Positions 23,102 to 36,680 of a DNA stretch of 64,000 bases are shown in pieces. The stretch is from Vicugna vicugna (taxonomy: Eukaryota). Position numbers and translations under genes: made by a program. The stretch's first letter is position 1, and each line of letters starts with the position of its first letter. Under the pieces are notes generated by a model that was given only the letters and a program-made list of their open reading frames with translations, was not told where the DNA came from and made no database searches. Location: the NCBI GenBank assembly GCA_013265495.1, contig MU058365.1, forward strand, positions 310,001 to 374,000, read 5' to 3'.

Positions 23102-25714
23102 AAAGTTTGGAGGAGACTGGGGGATTATGTGAGTGCCTCGAATTTATTTTGAATGCAGACTTGCAACATTAGCAAGTCCCCTAAAGGATATACTCATTTC
23201 AGAGCTGGGAGAGAGCCTAATATAACTAAATCTCTGTTTTTCTTTGGTTGGATGTGCCCCAGTAAGACACAAATGAGTGTAGTAGCTCTGTCTGGACTTC
23301 ACTCCTGTCTGTTTGGTTCTTGAGGTTCTTACCAAGGGGAGAGGTACCCTTCCCTGTTAAACCTGGTGTTAGGGAGCATCACAATCTTTTGATAAACTTG
23401 AAACAAACAAAGCCCCTCTTTTTTAACCATCAATACTTCAACTCTTGGGAATCTGGGGCTTCTCCCAGGGCAGTGGATGAGCTCACTGATGTTGGGAGCC
23501 ACATTCCCTGCATTCCCTACCATCTCCGAGGTGTGGGTGATGTCACTTTTCTCCCACAAAGGAAAACCTCAGCACCCTGAGGGCCTGAACTCAGGTCTTG
23601 GCAGGTAGATGAAGGAGGAACTTACTTTTGGATTTAAAGTGTTTGGTTGAGTCAGGCATAAGGAGGCATGACCATGTTAAGTACCAACTTCACAGCTTCA
23701 TCTCTGGGGCCTGAATAGGGAGAATTTATCATTTAGGGAGAATTAAGACTGTAACTTTAAGGAATTATTTTCTGGGTAGGAACAACGATTCACTTGATAT
23801 TTTGGTTCTTGCACTTTGGGCCATTTATAGGGCATTGTTCTGATTATGGCTCCTTCTTAAATATCCTTCTCTGAATCCATGAATTTTTTTCAAGGTTTTC
23901 TGGAACCGTTTATAGATTATCTAACTTTCCTTCCTAGAGCAGATTAACAACAACAAAAACAAGAATTAGGAAAAATAAAGTGATGGATAGGGCAGATTTA
24001 GGCAGAATTATGCCCTGGGCAAAGTACATTCTTGTTATTTTAATCTTGGCTCTGTGGTTATGAACAGAAAAGCGTATTTGCTCTAGAAGACTTCCAATCT
24101 CTTTCTATCCCTTCATCGCAACCACAAAGTAGTGGTTGGAAATAGAATTCCAGGAACACCAAAAATGCGCACAATTTCAAGAGTGGCAGCTACAGTGCCC
24201 CCACAAGGATACTTTGCACACTCTTCCTCGGAGCCTTCTTGTGGCGTCCTTGTGGTTGGGAGCCTCCATCATCAATCACAAAGACTTGCCCTGAAGCCAA
24301 ACCTGGTAAAAATGTCACTTATCTATCTTTGCCACCAGAAACAACCCTTTGTATTTCACTCTGTTCTGAACTACCAGACAGTCTCTTTGATGGACTCATC
24401 AACTGACCGTTCCCATAAAACTTTAAATGCACAATTTTGTACCAGGAAAGTAAGTCAGGATGCGTAGGGTGGGCAGGATTAGCCAGAGGTTTTCATCCCA
24501 CTCAGCGATACTAACTTGCCTGTGTTACTCCTGTGCAAATGTTAGATTATAATTTTTTAACACTAAGAATATATGAGTAAAATTGACTGAAATGTAAGAG
24601 TGCCCTTCAGTTTATATAGGGGAATAGGGAGTTAAACTATAAAGGAAGAACCCAACCTGCAACTAACCTTTCGTTTTTGTAATCTCATTTCTCCTGAGTT
24701 GATGTGTGCTTGAACCAAATTCATGCTGTTATATAAAACGCCCTAGTTTTTCAAGCAACATCAATCTTCAAGGTATGGAACAGGATTTGGCGTTTTGTTT
24801 CCATTTTTATTGTTTTGTTTTCTAAAGGGAGGTTTGAACTAGAGCCTGTCTGGCGGGATTCCATACTTTTACCAAACCACCTGTCCTGCCAGAGACAATG
24901 GAATCAAAAGTCAAGTTCTTTATGACTGCACCTGCCTTGTAAGGGCCGCCAGACGACCTGATTTTCTCCTGTTGCCAATTTCTACCCAGAAACTCTAGTA
25001 GATGGCAACCACTCAGTGGCACATATACCCCAGAACTTGGATGACCCAATTTCTGGACCAGTACTATTCCCCCACTGACTTCCAAGGTGGTCTTTTGCAT
25101 CATATTCAATGACTGTTTTACTGTTTATCGAATGGAGGAGATGGAACTTTCTGGTCCACTTGGTTTTCAAGATTTTTGTGAGCCTCTGTTAATGGTGATG
25201 AATCATTTGGTAATTTACTATTTGGAAATTATCTTGTGCAATTATGCATCTAGTAAGTATGAAGGAGAGTATGATCGACCCAGAGGAGATCAGGAACATC
25301 TCTCTGACATCGGAACAGCATGCAGCATTTCCAGGAGTGAGAAGTTACCGTCTGTCCTTGCAGCTTTTTCTTTTTCCCAAAAGTGTCAGTTACCTGATGG
25401 GCCACCCGTTGAATGCTCTCTGATTAGGCTGTTGTTTTGAAGGCAGTTTAACCTCCTTGATGAGGACTTTTCTCCTTTTGAATTAGCAGCGTAGTTTCTT
25501 GGATTCCCTTAAGGTAGAGTTATTTCATTATCTTCCAACTTTATGTCTATCTGGAAGCCTTCCAGCCTAAGAACATAATTTCTGCCACCATTCACATAAT
25601 TGAAGATAATATGCCCACCAAATAGTGCTCTTTGCACAGTATCCACATATAACGATATGATATGATAATAAGGCAATAAAGTGTGTTCTAAAATGAGTGG
25701 CAACATCCTACAGT

Positions 25715-25925
25715 GGAAAGAGTCCTCAGTAGACTTGTGTTCTAATCTCAGTTCTGATCCTTCTTAGCTTTATGACCTCAAAGAAAATTGCTCAACCTCC
25801 TTGAGCCTGTGTCCTCATGCGTAAAATGCAGATAATAGTAATAAATAGCCTGCCTTCCTGAAATGAAATCACGTTTGAGAATTGTCTTTGAAAATTGCAA
25901 ATGTAAGGTATTATTATTATTAATA
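25715..25925 (+). mobile_element. MIR
   Basis: 'agtagacttgtgttctaatctcagttctgatcc...tgagcctgtgtcctcatgcgtaaaatgcagataatagta...aatgtaaggtattattatt'. Confidence 0.7.
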
Positions 25926-28900
25926 GTAATTGAACTCTTTCTTAGTCACCTAATTACCGTCAGAAATATTATTAAATCTGAGGGTTATTGATTTAGGCTC
26001 AGTTCAGCTTTTGAATTGGTAAGTTGGCACTATCCAAAAATAACTAAGCAAGACTATTTGTATTTTTTATGTAGCTAAGAAGGCAAAGCTTTAGATTAAA
26101 AATTTTGTGGGCCAAAGAGCTGATCAAATTAATCATAATGTAGTAACAGGTAGCCTTGGTGGCTGAGAGAATCACTAAGAGTGTAGAGGTTTTAAGTCCT
26201 GTAAGTGCCTGGCTTGTGCCGTGCTGAATCACTTGCCCTCCCTGGACCTTGGTACATGTGGCTGTTCTACGTTGGTGAGCCCATTAGCCTCTCTCCCTGA
26301 TCAGTGAGGTAGGCACTGGTACAACACAAAGCAGGTGCTTTCTGAATTTTCACTTCTCAGAGGGATCCTAGAACCACATTACCTACCACTTTTACATTTT
26401 CATTTTTGGAGTATCTTAATTGCTGCTACCCTGAAACAGTTGCTCAGAATGCTGAAGCCTCGGCTTCTGTCCAGCTTTGCAGCCCTTCTCCAAGGGCTAG
26501 CAGGGAAGGAGTTCAGAATTGTAAAGGGGTAACTCACCCGGATCATTATACTCGTATGTACTGTGCTGGTCCCAGCACATCGTTCTTTGAAGCTCAGCGG
26601 ATAAGATTCTGTAACCTGCTTGGAAATGCTCTCACAAGCCCCTGAGACTCCCGGTTCCCCATCTGAGAAATATTAGATCAAAATGAGAATAAGCAGTTTC
26701 AGTCATAGTACCTTATCAACTATTGGTGGCCTGAAAATCTTTTTCAGGTAAAGATCATCTTTTGAGCCATCTCAGAGACTAATATCATGCAGTATGGAAA
26801 AATCTGTATTCCATTCTGTAACTCTACCAATTTGAAGTCTCCTCCCTGCTCCAAATACGTAAATAATGGGATAAAGGTAATTATGGGTTTTCTCATCTTT
26901 TCTACTTACTTGTTCCCTGTTATGATTAAATGCACATAGCTTATAACTCTTTTAGAGACAAACTCAATTCCCATTATTATCCTTTCAACACTTGCATGGT
27001 ATTATAATCCATTTCAATCACAGTGTGACATAGTGGGAGTCAGGAGACGTGCGTCTGGGGAAAGATGAACAGAGGCAAGTGTTTTCCCTTCTGTTGGTTT
27101 TGGGAAGCGTCCTTCCTCCCTGAAGCCACTTCTAGGGGGAAAAGCTGTTTTCTTCTCAAGGCCTAACAAAGATTAGTGAGAGAAGTCTGCAAAGCATTTG
27201 AGGCTCTTTGCAATAAAGGCATGATCAACACTCAGTATCACTGTTATTATCATTAAAAAGGAAAGCCCAGCATGTGATGTTTTGGGCCACTTCCAGCGGT
27301 CTGTTTTGATGTTCTTGGTTCCTTCTTTGACCTTTACCTCTTGATATCTTTATACATTTATTGAGGCTGTTGGACAAAGTCTTGAGATCCTAAGCAATAT
27401 GGTGTTGAGAATGAACAACTGCTCGCCTCCGTTTTTCATGGGTGGAATGTCTGAAAATGTGTTTAAAATAAACAGTTGAGGTTTCTGTCTTTGGGTGCCT
27501 GTTGCTCAAGTTTGGCAACCTTCGTGGCAAAGTTAGTTTAATATCTGGTCATTTGAGTTTTTATTTCTAACTCTGCTCCCTACCTTGTAATCAGAGTTTT
27601 ACAGGAAAATTTTCATTTAAATAGAATAAACATCAAATTAACTAGGATTTTTTTTTCTGTACTGTGCTTATGACATAGAGATGAATTAGAAGGAAGAAAG
27701 CAGATATAAAGGATCTAAAAAGCCAAATACTTAAATCTCCAGAAAGAATACAAGTACCTCCTACAGATACTCTAAGTTCAGCCCAGTTTCCTATACTTCA
27801 GAACGTAAATTACTTCATGCTAAAAAATGACCATAGTAATATCCTTGTAGTGTTACGAGATACCAAAGATACCAAGTAAAGTCTAAATTTTGTTCAGTAT
27901 AATGTATTTTTGCAGGAAAGACCACCAGTACATTTTAGGAAGGATTTCAATAGTACAGGTTGAATTTAAAAGGACTTCCTTCTGATCCTTGGAAAGCTAA
28001 ATAAATCACAAACTTTTTATTTTGTGCCTTCTACATTCAAGAACTTATACTAATCAGAATCTCCTATTCCCTGATTGGCAGTAGTATTTGAGAATCGAAT
28101 AGAATTATCACTCATTTTCTTTTTAAATGCTGCTTGTTTTTCTTTTTAAGTTTGTGGAGTTACTGTGCTGTTTTGTTTAAAAAGGGCACATTCTTCGTAA
28201 CCCTAGTTAATGAATTATTTGTTTTAGATTTAAAGAGGTTAGTCTACAGTCAAGTTTATATAGACACATTAATTTTTCCTCTCTAGTTTTTCAATTGAGT
28301 TTATAAAATCCCCACCCAAATTTCAGCATCTCTACACACATAGATTTTTTTATTTCTATGTTTAGATGTCACCAAAAAAATGAAAATTTCCATCAGAACC
28401 AAAGGAACTCAACATATTGTGTAGAAAATTGAAAATGAGGATAGTATATATATCCTGTCAACCACTACAGAAAATTATTTGAAATTAACATCATGTTTAG
28501 CTTTATGCAAAAGCAACCACCCTGAAACTACTATGGTAATGTATGTGTTTGTATGATATACACATGAAGGATTGAAAATGAGTGTTTCGATTAGGATGAA
28601 TGTATATATGTTCCATATGCTTGTATATAGAATATATATTATTCATATTACATAGAGCATATATATGGAATATAGAAATATATATATATATATTCTAAAT
28701 ACTTTAAGAATTCTCAATCCTTTAGGGGAAGCTAGTTCCTCTAAGCAAACCTTGGGTCAGTCTCTGGAAATAGCTGCCTTTGGAGACACTGAAGCCAAAC
28801 AAATTATCTGGCTTTTGAAATTTTGCCTGTTTGAGAGGATGGTCACATGCAAAATGGATAAGCTTAGGACAGAATCCCCCTCTGTCTTCTTTTCCCTGAA

Positions 28901-31193
28901 GCCCCCTCTTCCATTTATAATTTTAGTTAATATCACTTAGTAGAAAACAGTCAAGTCTGATCTCTTCACAGAATGATGTCTTTCTGCCTGTCAGCCTTGT
29001 CTCAAATTCAGCACGTGGGAGCTGAGTTTCTTCTCTTTCCTGTTAAGTTCTGCTCGCCCTTCTCCCCTCAGTCATGCTGGCTGTCTCTGTCCTTAAGAAT
29101 ATTAACCTACATAATGGTCCTTCTGTTCCCTTTCTCTCATTTTCATTCTGGGTCCCTGAAAAAATCTGTGCCCACTATCAGATCAAATATCTGTTCTCAC
29201 TATGAAAATTTATCAGTTTTGTGTCCTCCATGTTACATTGGTCTCATTCAGCTGGGATTTTGATGACCAGTTGGGACTTGATGGCGTCCCTCCTATGCCA
29301 GGTACTGTGCCAGGTTCACTGTATGTGTTCAGTAAATGTTATAAAATAGCCATCTTTTTGTCGACTAAGCTGATGTGATGTTGCTATTGTTCATCCTGAG
29401 ACAGTTTTGTGCAGGCTGCATTAACAGGCAACTGCATGCCAGATTACATGCTGACAGCTGTGTCTTCCCATCAGAAAAAGATCCTTTTTCCCTCCCTATC
29501 AAATGAAAGCCTAGATTTTAGAGAAAATTACAAAATACAGAAAATGAAAGAGAAGAACTAAAATCACAGCATCTGTGGTTTTTTCTATCCTTAATAGTAA
29601 GGCAGCTTCCTAGAGGATTTTATTGTAATATGTCGATGAAATATTTATAGTCATCCCTTTGCAGTTTGTTTAGAAAGTAGTTTCTAAGCAGCAGTTCCTG
29701 CATCATCTAGAAAACTGTTAGCTAGAGCAACCACATTTCTTTTCTTTCCAAGCTGCAAAACCAGTCTAATCTTTTTTTTTAAAGTTTGTTTAACACTCAA
29801 TCTTTATGGTGAGAGACTAAGTTACATGATCTTCCTTCCAAAAGAATGTCCCTCAGATTTTTGTGTTTTATAGCTTTCTGATTTCATTGCCATGATAGAT
29901 TTACTTATCAGGGAACTGTGACTACCTGTAGGAGTTCAAGTGTACACTGCAATAAACTATCCCTCATAAGAAGGAATAATTTCATAGCTATTGCTATGGT
30001 AGTAGGTTTGGATGCGCCTCACATGGATGCAGACCTCTGAAATAATTGAGTCATATGTATGTGCAAAGCTAGAAAACTTACCATCACGTTATATTGCCTC
30101 ATATTTACAGTATCTTTTCCAAAATCTTCGGATAGGTAGGTCGTGCTGTGACAGACCATTTGGCTTCCTCAGAGCCATTACCTTATATTTTTCCCCAGAA
30201 AGAAATTTCAGATCCTGTTTAATACTTGCTGGTTTTACTAGGTACTGAAGGCAGAGAGGTTGTAGTAGTAGTCTCGTAAAGAAGGAAATTGGATTGTCAG
30301 TCTGTCCAAACAAACCCACTATATGGAGCACTGATGAGGAATGTTGTTTTCCTCTTGATACACTTGCCAGCGCAGCACCATGGCCCTCTTTAGAGAACCC
30401 TGTGATAGAGTTTCAGCTCTCTAGCTAAGGCAGAATATCTAGAAAACAGCTGACCATTGAGCCTTCATAGATTTTCAAAACCCTGAAGGTGAGAGGAGTT
30501 GGGAGGATAAAAGGGGGCCATTTCTCCCCACCCTCAAAAATCCTAAAGTTCAAAGATGCAGCTGGTGTTCCATGGAGGCGATGCATCTGGTGTGGTCCAG
30601 GTACCGGAGAGGTAACTGCTGCCCTGTAGCCCGCCTGTTATCCTCTAAGGGGGCCTGTGCCTTCCCTCTGAATCATCTCCTCAGGTCTTCTATCCTTTTG
30701 TGGGCCTGCTTTGAACTTCTTGTGCATTAATCTCTTTTAGGAAGTACAGGTTCTAAGCAGGGGATAGTAAACCCTCCAGGTACACTCTCAGCCATGCTAT
30801 GTGAGGAGGATGGTTGAACACTCTTGTTTCTGCATATTTCAAAACTGCAAAAGAACTCTTAAGTTCTTGCTCACTTGGTTTCTTCTATTGCCCTAATAAC
30901 CTTCTAAATTATCTCTCCATTTGTTCAATATCCAATGCATTACTTTTCTTCATTCAAGCTAGTATCAGGTCATTGATAACCACCAATATAGGAAGGCTAG
31001 AGACATGTTCTCTTCCCCCTTGAAAACTATTTTCTGGAAGAGTTTGAGGCCAAATTCTGAGGGATTGTCTGGAATTTCTTTATAAAATTCACCATCAATT
31101 GGTAGGTAGGATTTACTTCTGTAGTTTTACGCTCAAGCTTACTACTGATTCATATTCTTTCTGCAGTTTCACTAAAACCAAGATTTCAGTTTT

Positions 31194-31287
31194 GGGGTGG
31201 GGAGAAATAGCTCAGTGGTAGAGTGTGTGCTTAGCATGCACGAGGTATAGGTTCAATCTCCAGTATCTCTACTGAAAAAAAAAAAAA
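31194..31287 (+). mobile_element. tRNA-Ala(AGC)-derived SINE (Vic-1-like), short form
   Basis: A-box TAGCTCAGTGG, anticodon arm 'gcttagcatgc', B-box GGTTCAATCTC, then A13 tail. Confidence 0.8.
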
Positions 31288-31580
31288 GGTTTTGATTTGT
31301 ATTTTAAAAGTCAAACTGAACTCTGATGTCTCCCTAGGAGAGAAGGGTATCCCCAGGAGATAGGAGTCTAGAGAATGTTGGAAGTAACCCAACAATATCC
31401 AGTTGTGTTTCTACTCAAGGCACAGTGCAAGCATATGGGTCGTGGTCTGTCGCAGGAAATGTAAAACGGTACAGTGAATCTCAGAAATCAGATCAGTCAG
31501 TTTCCTGACCTACACTGTAATCAAAACAGTAATGTCAAGTTCATCTCTACCTCAGGGTAGATAGTCTGAAGAGCAGTCTT

Positions 31581-31756
31581 TTTTTTTTTAAAGCATCATT
31601 TGATTACTTTTTGAAATGTTTTATTATAATTGTTTATTTGTGGGGGGTAATTAGGTTTACTTATTTATTTATTTTTAGAGGAGGTCCTGGGGATTGAACC
31701 CAGGACCTTTTGTAAGCTAAGCATGTGCTCTACCACTTGAGCTATCCCCTCCCCCC
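31581..31756 (-). mobile_element. tRNA-Ala-derived SINE (Vic-1-like), long form
   Basis: Reverse complement reads 'ggggaggggatagctcaagtggtagagcacatgcttagc...gggttcaatcccc' + 'aaataaataagtaaacctaattacccccc' + A-rich tail. Confidence 0.8.
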
Positions 31757-34700
31757 AAGGATAGTCTTCTCACATGAAGTCCTGTCCCCCACTGCACAGG
31801 GCGGGTCACTCTCTGCTCCGCAATAGCAACATTACCTAGCAAGTTAGGACAGGAGAATGAACCAGCCGTATCCAACGGAAGCTGCAAAGGAGAGTCAAGA
31901 AAACACAAGGAATAATGATTTCACATATACATAATATGTATAATGCATTGTTACAAGATTATACATGGATAGAAGAGTATGAATTGCATCCACTGCCCCC
32001 AAATTTTCTTGTGAGAGCATTTTGTGCTAAGTTATATGACATCTGTTTCCCTCAGTATCAGACCATGAGTGAAAATAAAGCCACATAACCCCTGCTTGGA
32101 TTTCGAAGACAGGTGTTCCCCTGTGAGAGAGTCATAATGATGGCAGTTGTGTTGGAGTGAATGTGCCACTAACTTACGTATTGACTTGAGATTCATAGGT
32201 CTTCGTTGTAGGGGCTCCTGTTTATTCTGCTTTCGAATGTATTCAGAGGCCAGTAGGTACTTAATAAAGAAATAGTGAAAACTTCTACTATCTTCCTTTG
32301 GAGTCCATCCACTGGCATATAATTAAATAATAATTAGACTCCGTACTCCCTGGCTTGAGTCCTCTTTAATATTTGCTGCCCCCCACCCAAAGCTTTTCTG
32401 GCATTATTGGTGTTAAGTCTATTTTTCTGTCATAAGCTAGCTGGCTTCCCATTATAGCTCATGATTAATACTCATGTGTGTGTGAAAAACGTTTTGATAA
32501 AGCTCAGACAGATGTCATTCCGTCTCCTGGGAGTCACCTTAATGAAGAGGGTCACCCTTTAGTTCCCCCTAACTTGACTTACTGGCATTTTTGAAGCCTC
32601 TCATTCTCTCCTAGTCTTGAGGGGGTGTTCTTTTTCACCTTGTACATTGCTCTCAGAAGACCAACATACTTTCCTCCCTCCTCTGTCTACTACCTCGTAA
32701 TAATAAATCCAGCCTCAAAGACCTACTGTCTTGGAGGCTTCTGTATCACGTGGTAGGGCCGATTCCTGCTTCATCTCAAGGTCTTGTTTCCCGACCCCCG
32801 TCATCCTCTAGCTGTCAGCTGTGAAGACTCTTAACTTGCACCTCCTAAACTGCTTAGAAGAGAGGCTGGTTCTCCCGGCCGGCCGTGGCGCTGACCTTGA
32901 CCCTTTCCCCAGTCCTGAGCACTCCCGGAAACTCAGCCCCCTCAGCACCTAATTCATGCCTGATCCTCTGACTTTTCTTGCTGTGGCCTCAGGAGAGAGA
33001 GCGAGCACATTCTGAACACTCCTCCTTTTGTGTCGGCATCTCTGTGAGGTGATTTGGAAGGACTCCAGCCAGGCATGGAAGGGCTCTTTGATAATATCTG
33101 ATGGGTGGGTAACAAATTCGGGCACCTGGCCAAGATACACATTGCCTGTAATCGTTAACTCAGTCTGTAAACAGTTCAAACGGCACTGAGAGGCCGTCAG
33201 TTATTCTATTAGAAGAAGCCTTTCATCTCTCTCGCTTAGAAGCCAGGCGTCCAGCATCGGCCCCCACTGTGGCAACTGGAGCCATGTGCTCTGCGCGCAG
33301 CCGCCAAGGCCTAGGATGCAGGGATGTACAATGGACCCTGCTCCAAATGACTGCTGTTCAAACTTTCAGCATTGGAGCAGTAACTAAATCGTTAATTTTC
33401 TTTTGTTCTGCACCTGGCTGATGCTGGAAGGGAAAAAAAAGGAAAAAGCGAGGGGAAAACAAAACACACAAAACAAAACAAAAAACCCCCCAAAAATCTT
33501 GAACAGAAATAAATAGGGAAGGAATTATCATCTGGGATTGGAAATTTCATTTTTCAGCTGAACTTTCCTACCAACACTCATGTTTTGAAAGCTTTACAAC
33601 CTAACCATTCACCTTATTTTGTCCCTTTGCTCCAAAGTGATTTTAAGTTTGGCCCTCAGTGTACCTCGTGCCTCCAGTTAGCTTTAAAGTTATTCAATAT
33701 TATTAGACCATAAGTGCAAGGCACAATTCTGGGCCAAAAGGAGCCTAGAGATTACAAACATTCCTGCCTTCAAGGTGCTTATGAATTGAGACTTAAAGGA
33801 AATGCTAGGTAGGTACTAGAGATAAGTACCACCATGAGCATTTATAAGTGCTAAACACGGCGAGTTTCTACTGGAGTTCACGGTGAGAGGCAAGAACCGC
33901 TGTGTGGACAAGGATGATCCGGGAAGCTCCTTGCCAACTCTGTGAGAAAACTTTTTTCAGTACTTCAAAAGAAATTGACTTATTTTCCTGCATGTTTCTC
34001 ATTAATTTTCTTCTGCCTTTTTCATTAAATTGCTAATTTTGCTAGGCACACATTGAGTGCTATAGGTGCTTAGTAAATGAAATCATTAAGCCTTTTTTAG
34101 AATTGTTCTGATAAACTGAATTTTGCAGAGATGGAGTCATGAGACCTGCCTTCCCATTGAACATTCTGGTACCAAAAGATGGTGCAGGAAAACCAAGCAC
34201 AACTTACTCTAAGCATCTTAATTGCTGAAGACCCTTTACTGATGATTTCTTAAGTTGTTTAGATTAGTTTTAGGGCAGCTGTCGCTGAAGCAGTTTGTTC
34301 CACATAGCACAGGAGCAAAATTTAGGCCACAGATTTTAAATAAACCAGTGAAATAAAATCCTATACTCACTGTATTCAAAGGGAGCCTGAAAGCCCCAGG
34401 TTCTGTCCCTTACACCCAAGCGTAAAGCAGCCAAATTCTTTCCCTCTACAAAACAAATCTTAACATGTGCCCTACTTATTTCAACTAAAGGAAGACGATA
34501 GAGCCATAAGATATTCTTCCAGAAGAATAGGTGTTGGGGGGTCAAAAGGGGCTGCCTTAGATAATTGACTCTCCTGGGGGCCTCACGACTTATCAGTTAG
34601 AAAGCTCTGAGCTCATGCCTCTTCTTTGTTTCATTTTCCATTTTGCTCAGCTTTCTGGGTCACCTTGTCATCGCCTTTTTGTCTTTTGGTTTTGGGGTTT

Positions 34701-35297
34701 GCCTCTGTCCTACCATCCAAGTTTTCTTTGCTGATTGGGAATGTAGCTTTGGAAGAGCATTGACAAACTGAAAGAGAAGAAAGCGTGGCTTGAGGGTGTG
34801 CAACCTTGCCCTCCGTCCTGTACTCTGCTTCTGGTTTACCACCTGCTGAGGATGAGCACTTCAGTAGATCCTTTCTTTTACCTCCAGATGACGGAACTTT
34901 CCTCTACTTCATAGAAAAAGGCAGCTCCATCTTAAAAAGAGAAATTAAATCCTTTAGGAGAAAACAGGCACTAGAGCAAACAAAATCAAGTTTCTTTACC
35001 ACTTGCTCAGCATTGTTATTTGTTCAAGGTAAACAGAGTGGTTATTTGAAAGGATGTGTTCAATCACATTTATGCAGTAGAATTGTAGAAATACAGACTT
35101 CATCAGGTACTTATACAAGGAAGCTTTGAGGCATGCTATCTGATCCACTCAAATCAATGCCTTGGTTAATCTTGAGGTCATTTACAGGTGTAACATGATG
35201 GAGAAATGATCCGTCTTAAATTTTGGCTCCCCACCCTCATTGCTTTCCTTATACCTGTTAATAAGGAAACTGCCTACAATTATTTTGGTCCCTCTAG

Positions 35298-35495
35298 ATC
35301 AGTGGTTCACAGATTTTAATGCATATCGGAATCCGTTTTGGAAAGCTTGTTAAAACACAGATTCCTGGGCCTCTATCTCCAGAGTTTCTGATACAGTATA
35401 TCTGAGGTGAGCCCTGAAATTTTGCATTTTTAACAAATTCCCAGGTGATGTTGGTATTGCTGGGTCTTGGGGACCACACTTTGAGATCCAGCGCT
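35298..35495. mobile_element. MER5-type hAT-Charlie DNA transposon, near full length
   Basis: 'cagtggttc...cttgttaaaacacagattcctgggcc...gcatttttaacaaattcccaggtgat...gggaccacactttgaga'. Confidence 0.8.
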
Positions 35496-36189
35496 CTCAG
35501 TTCCTGCCTGCTTTATAGCCATGATGACTTTAACAGACATGGGCTGTCTTCACATGGCCGGAGCATCCAACTTGTCTTGAAGTGACTGTGGCTTTACTGT
35601 CTGAAAGTGGACACTTAGTTAAGAGGGATTTTGTCCTCCCTGCAGAGATTAAGTGACCTGAAGCCTAGTCCTTTACTTACAGGTACCTGGCAAATGGCTT
35701 ACCATCTCTTTTAAGCAGCACGTAGCAGGTGGGAGCTTGCTTTTGGAAAACCTATTAGCTGAGCTACAGAACTAATAATATGACACTAAGAGAATAAAGC
35801 CAGTGCTTTCGATTAGTTTCTATGTCATCCTCAAAGAGAGGATTCCAAGGTTGCCTTGACTTTAGGAATTCTCATTTTTCTTCTTTCCACTTCCCTGAAC
35901 GACAGAACCTCTTAGAGGTTGTACAGTGGATCATTTTAGAAGATGAGTGATTCGAGTTTCATTGTAGCGTGGTGGCCCACACTGCGTCTTCCCTTCTGGA
36001 TCTATTGTAATGAGACCTGCTCAAGTGAACCAACAGCCACAAACTCTACTTTTAATAGGATTAATTTGTGCAGCCATTTTAACTTTAAGCATTTTCATGC
36101 ATTAAACTTAACATTTAATATGTTACCTCAATAGTACTCAATCTGAAGATATGAATAGTGTTTGGCGAATTTGTCTCTCCATCCTGTCT

Positions 36190-36680
36190 TTTCACACAAA
36201 CTTCAGTTCTTATTGCAAATTCCCTAGAGGACTGACATATTCATCTCTAAGTCAGCATTCCCAAGACTGAATTAAATTTTCCCTGCTCAAAATTCACTTC
36301 TTTTTCCAATATTCTTCTTTTGGTTTATGCAACATTTCCCCCCTAATTCTTCAGAAGTAGAAGTTTTTAACTCCTTCATCCCTATAGTTCAATCTGTTGG
36401 CAAGTACTTTCAACACTTCCTTCATAATTTCTGTGATTCACCCCTTTGTCTTTTAACTGTTACCACCAGAGTTCAAGCTCGCTTGTCATGCCGGATTACT
36501 ACTGCAGCTCTCGAAGTTCTTCCTGCTGCAGATTTTCTTTTTCATTCCACCATATTTTTTCTTTGATACTAAATTGTTCTGCTTAAAATACTGTTTTGAT
36601 CATGAGCTCCCTTTGTTTCAGAATTGAGGATGCCTCCTTTTTCACAGACGGCCAGCAAGGTCTAGCTCTTGTCATTCACT
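36190..36680 (+). mobile_element. Degraded L2 fragment
   Basis: L2-like phrases 'caatctgttggcaagt', 'ttcaagctcgcttgtcatgccggattactactgcagc'; bounds approximate. Confidence 0.5.

Noticed and set aside
24822..25440. Possible processed pseudogene (coding-like composition, 117-aa ORF)
   Set aside because: No recognisable protein in frames examined and no poly(A) or TSD; a BLASTX search would settle it.
31194..31272. tRNA-Ala gene
   Set aside because: Acceptor and T stems are degenerate and it is followed by poly(A) rather than a T-run terminator; it is a SINE.
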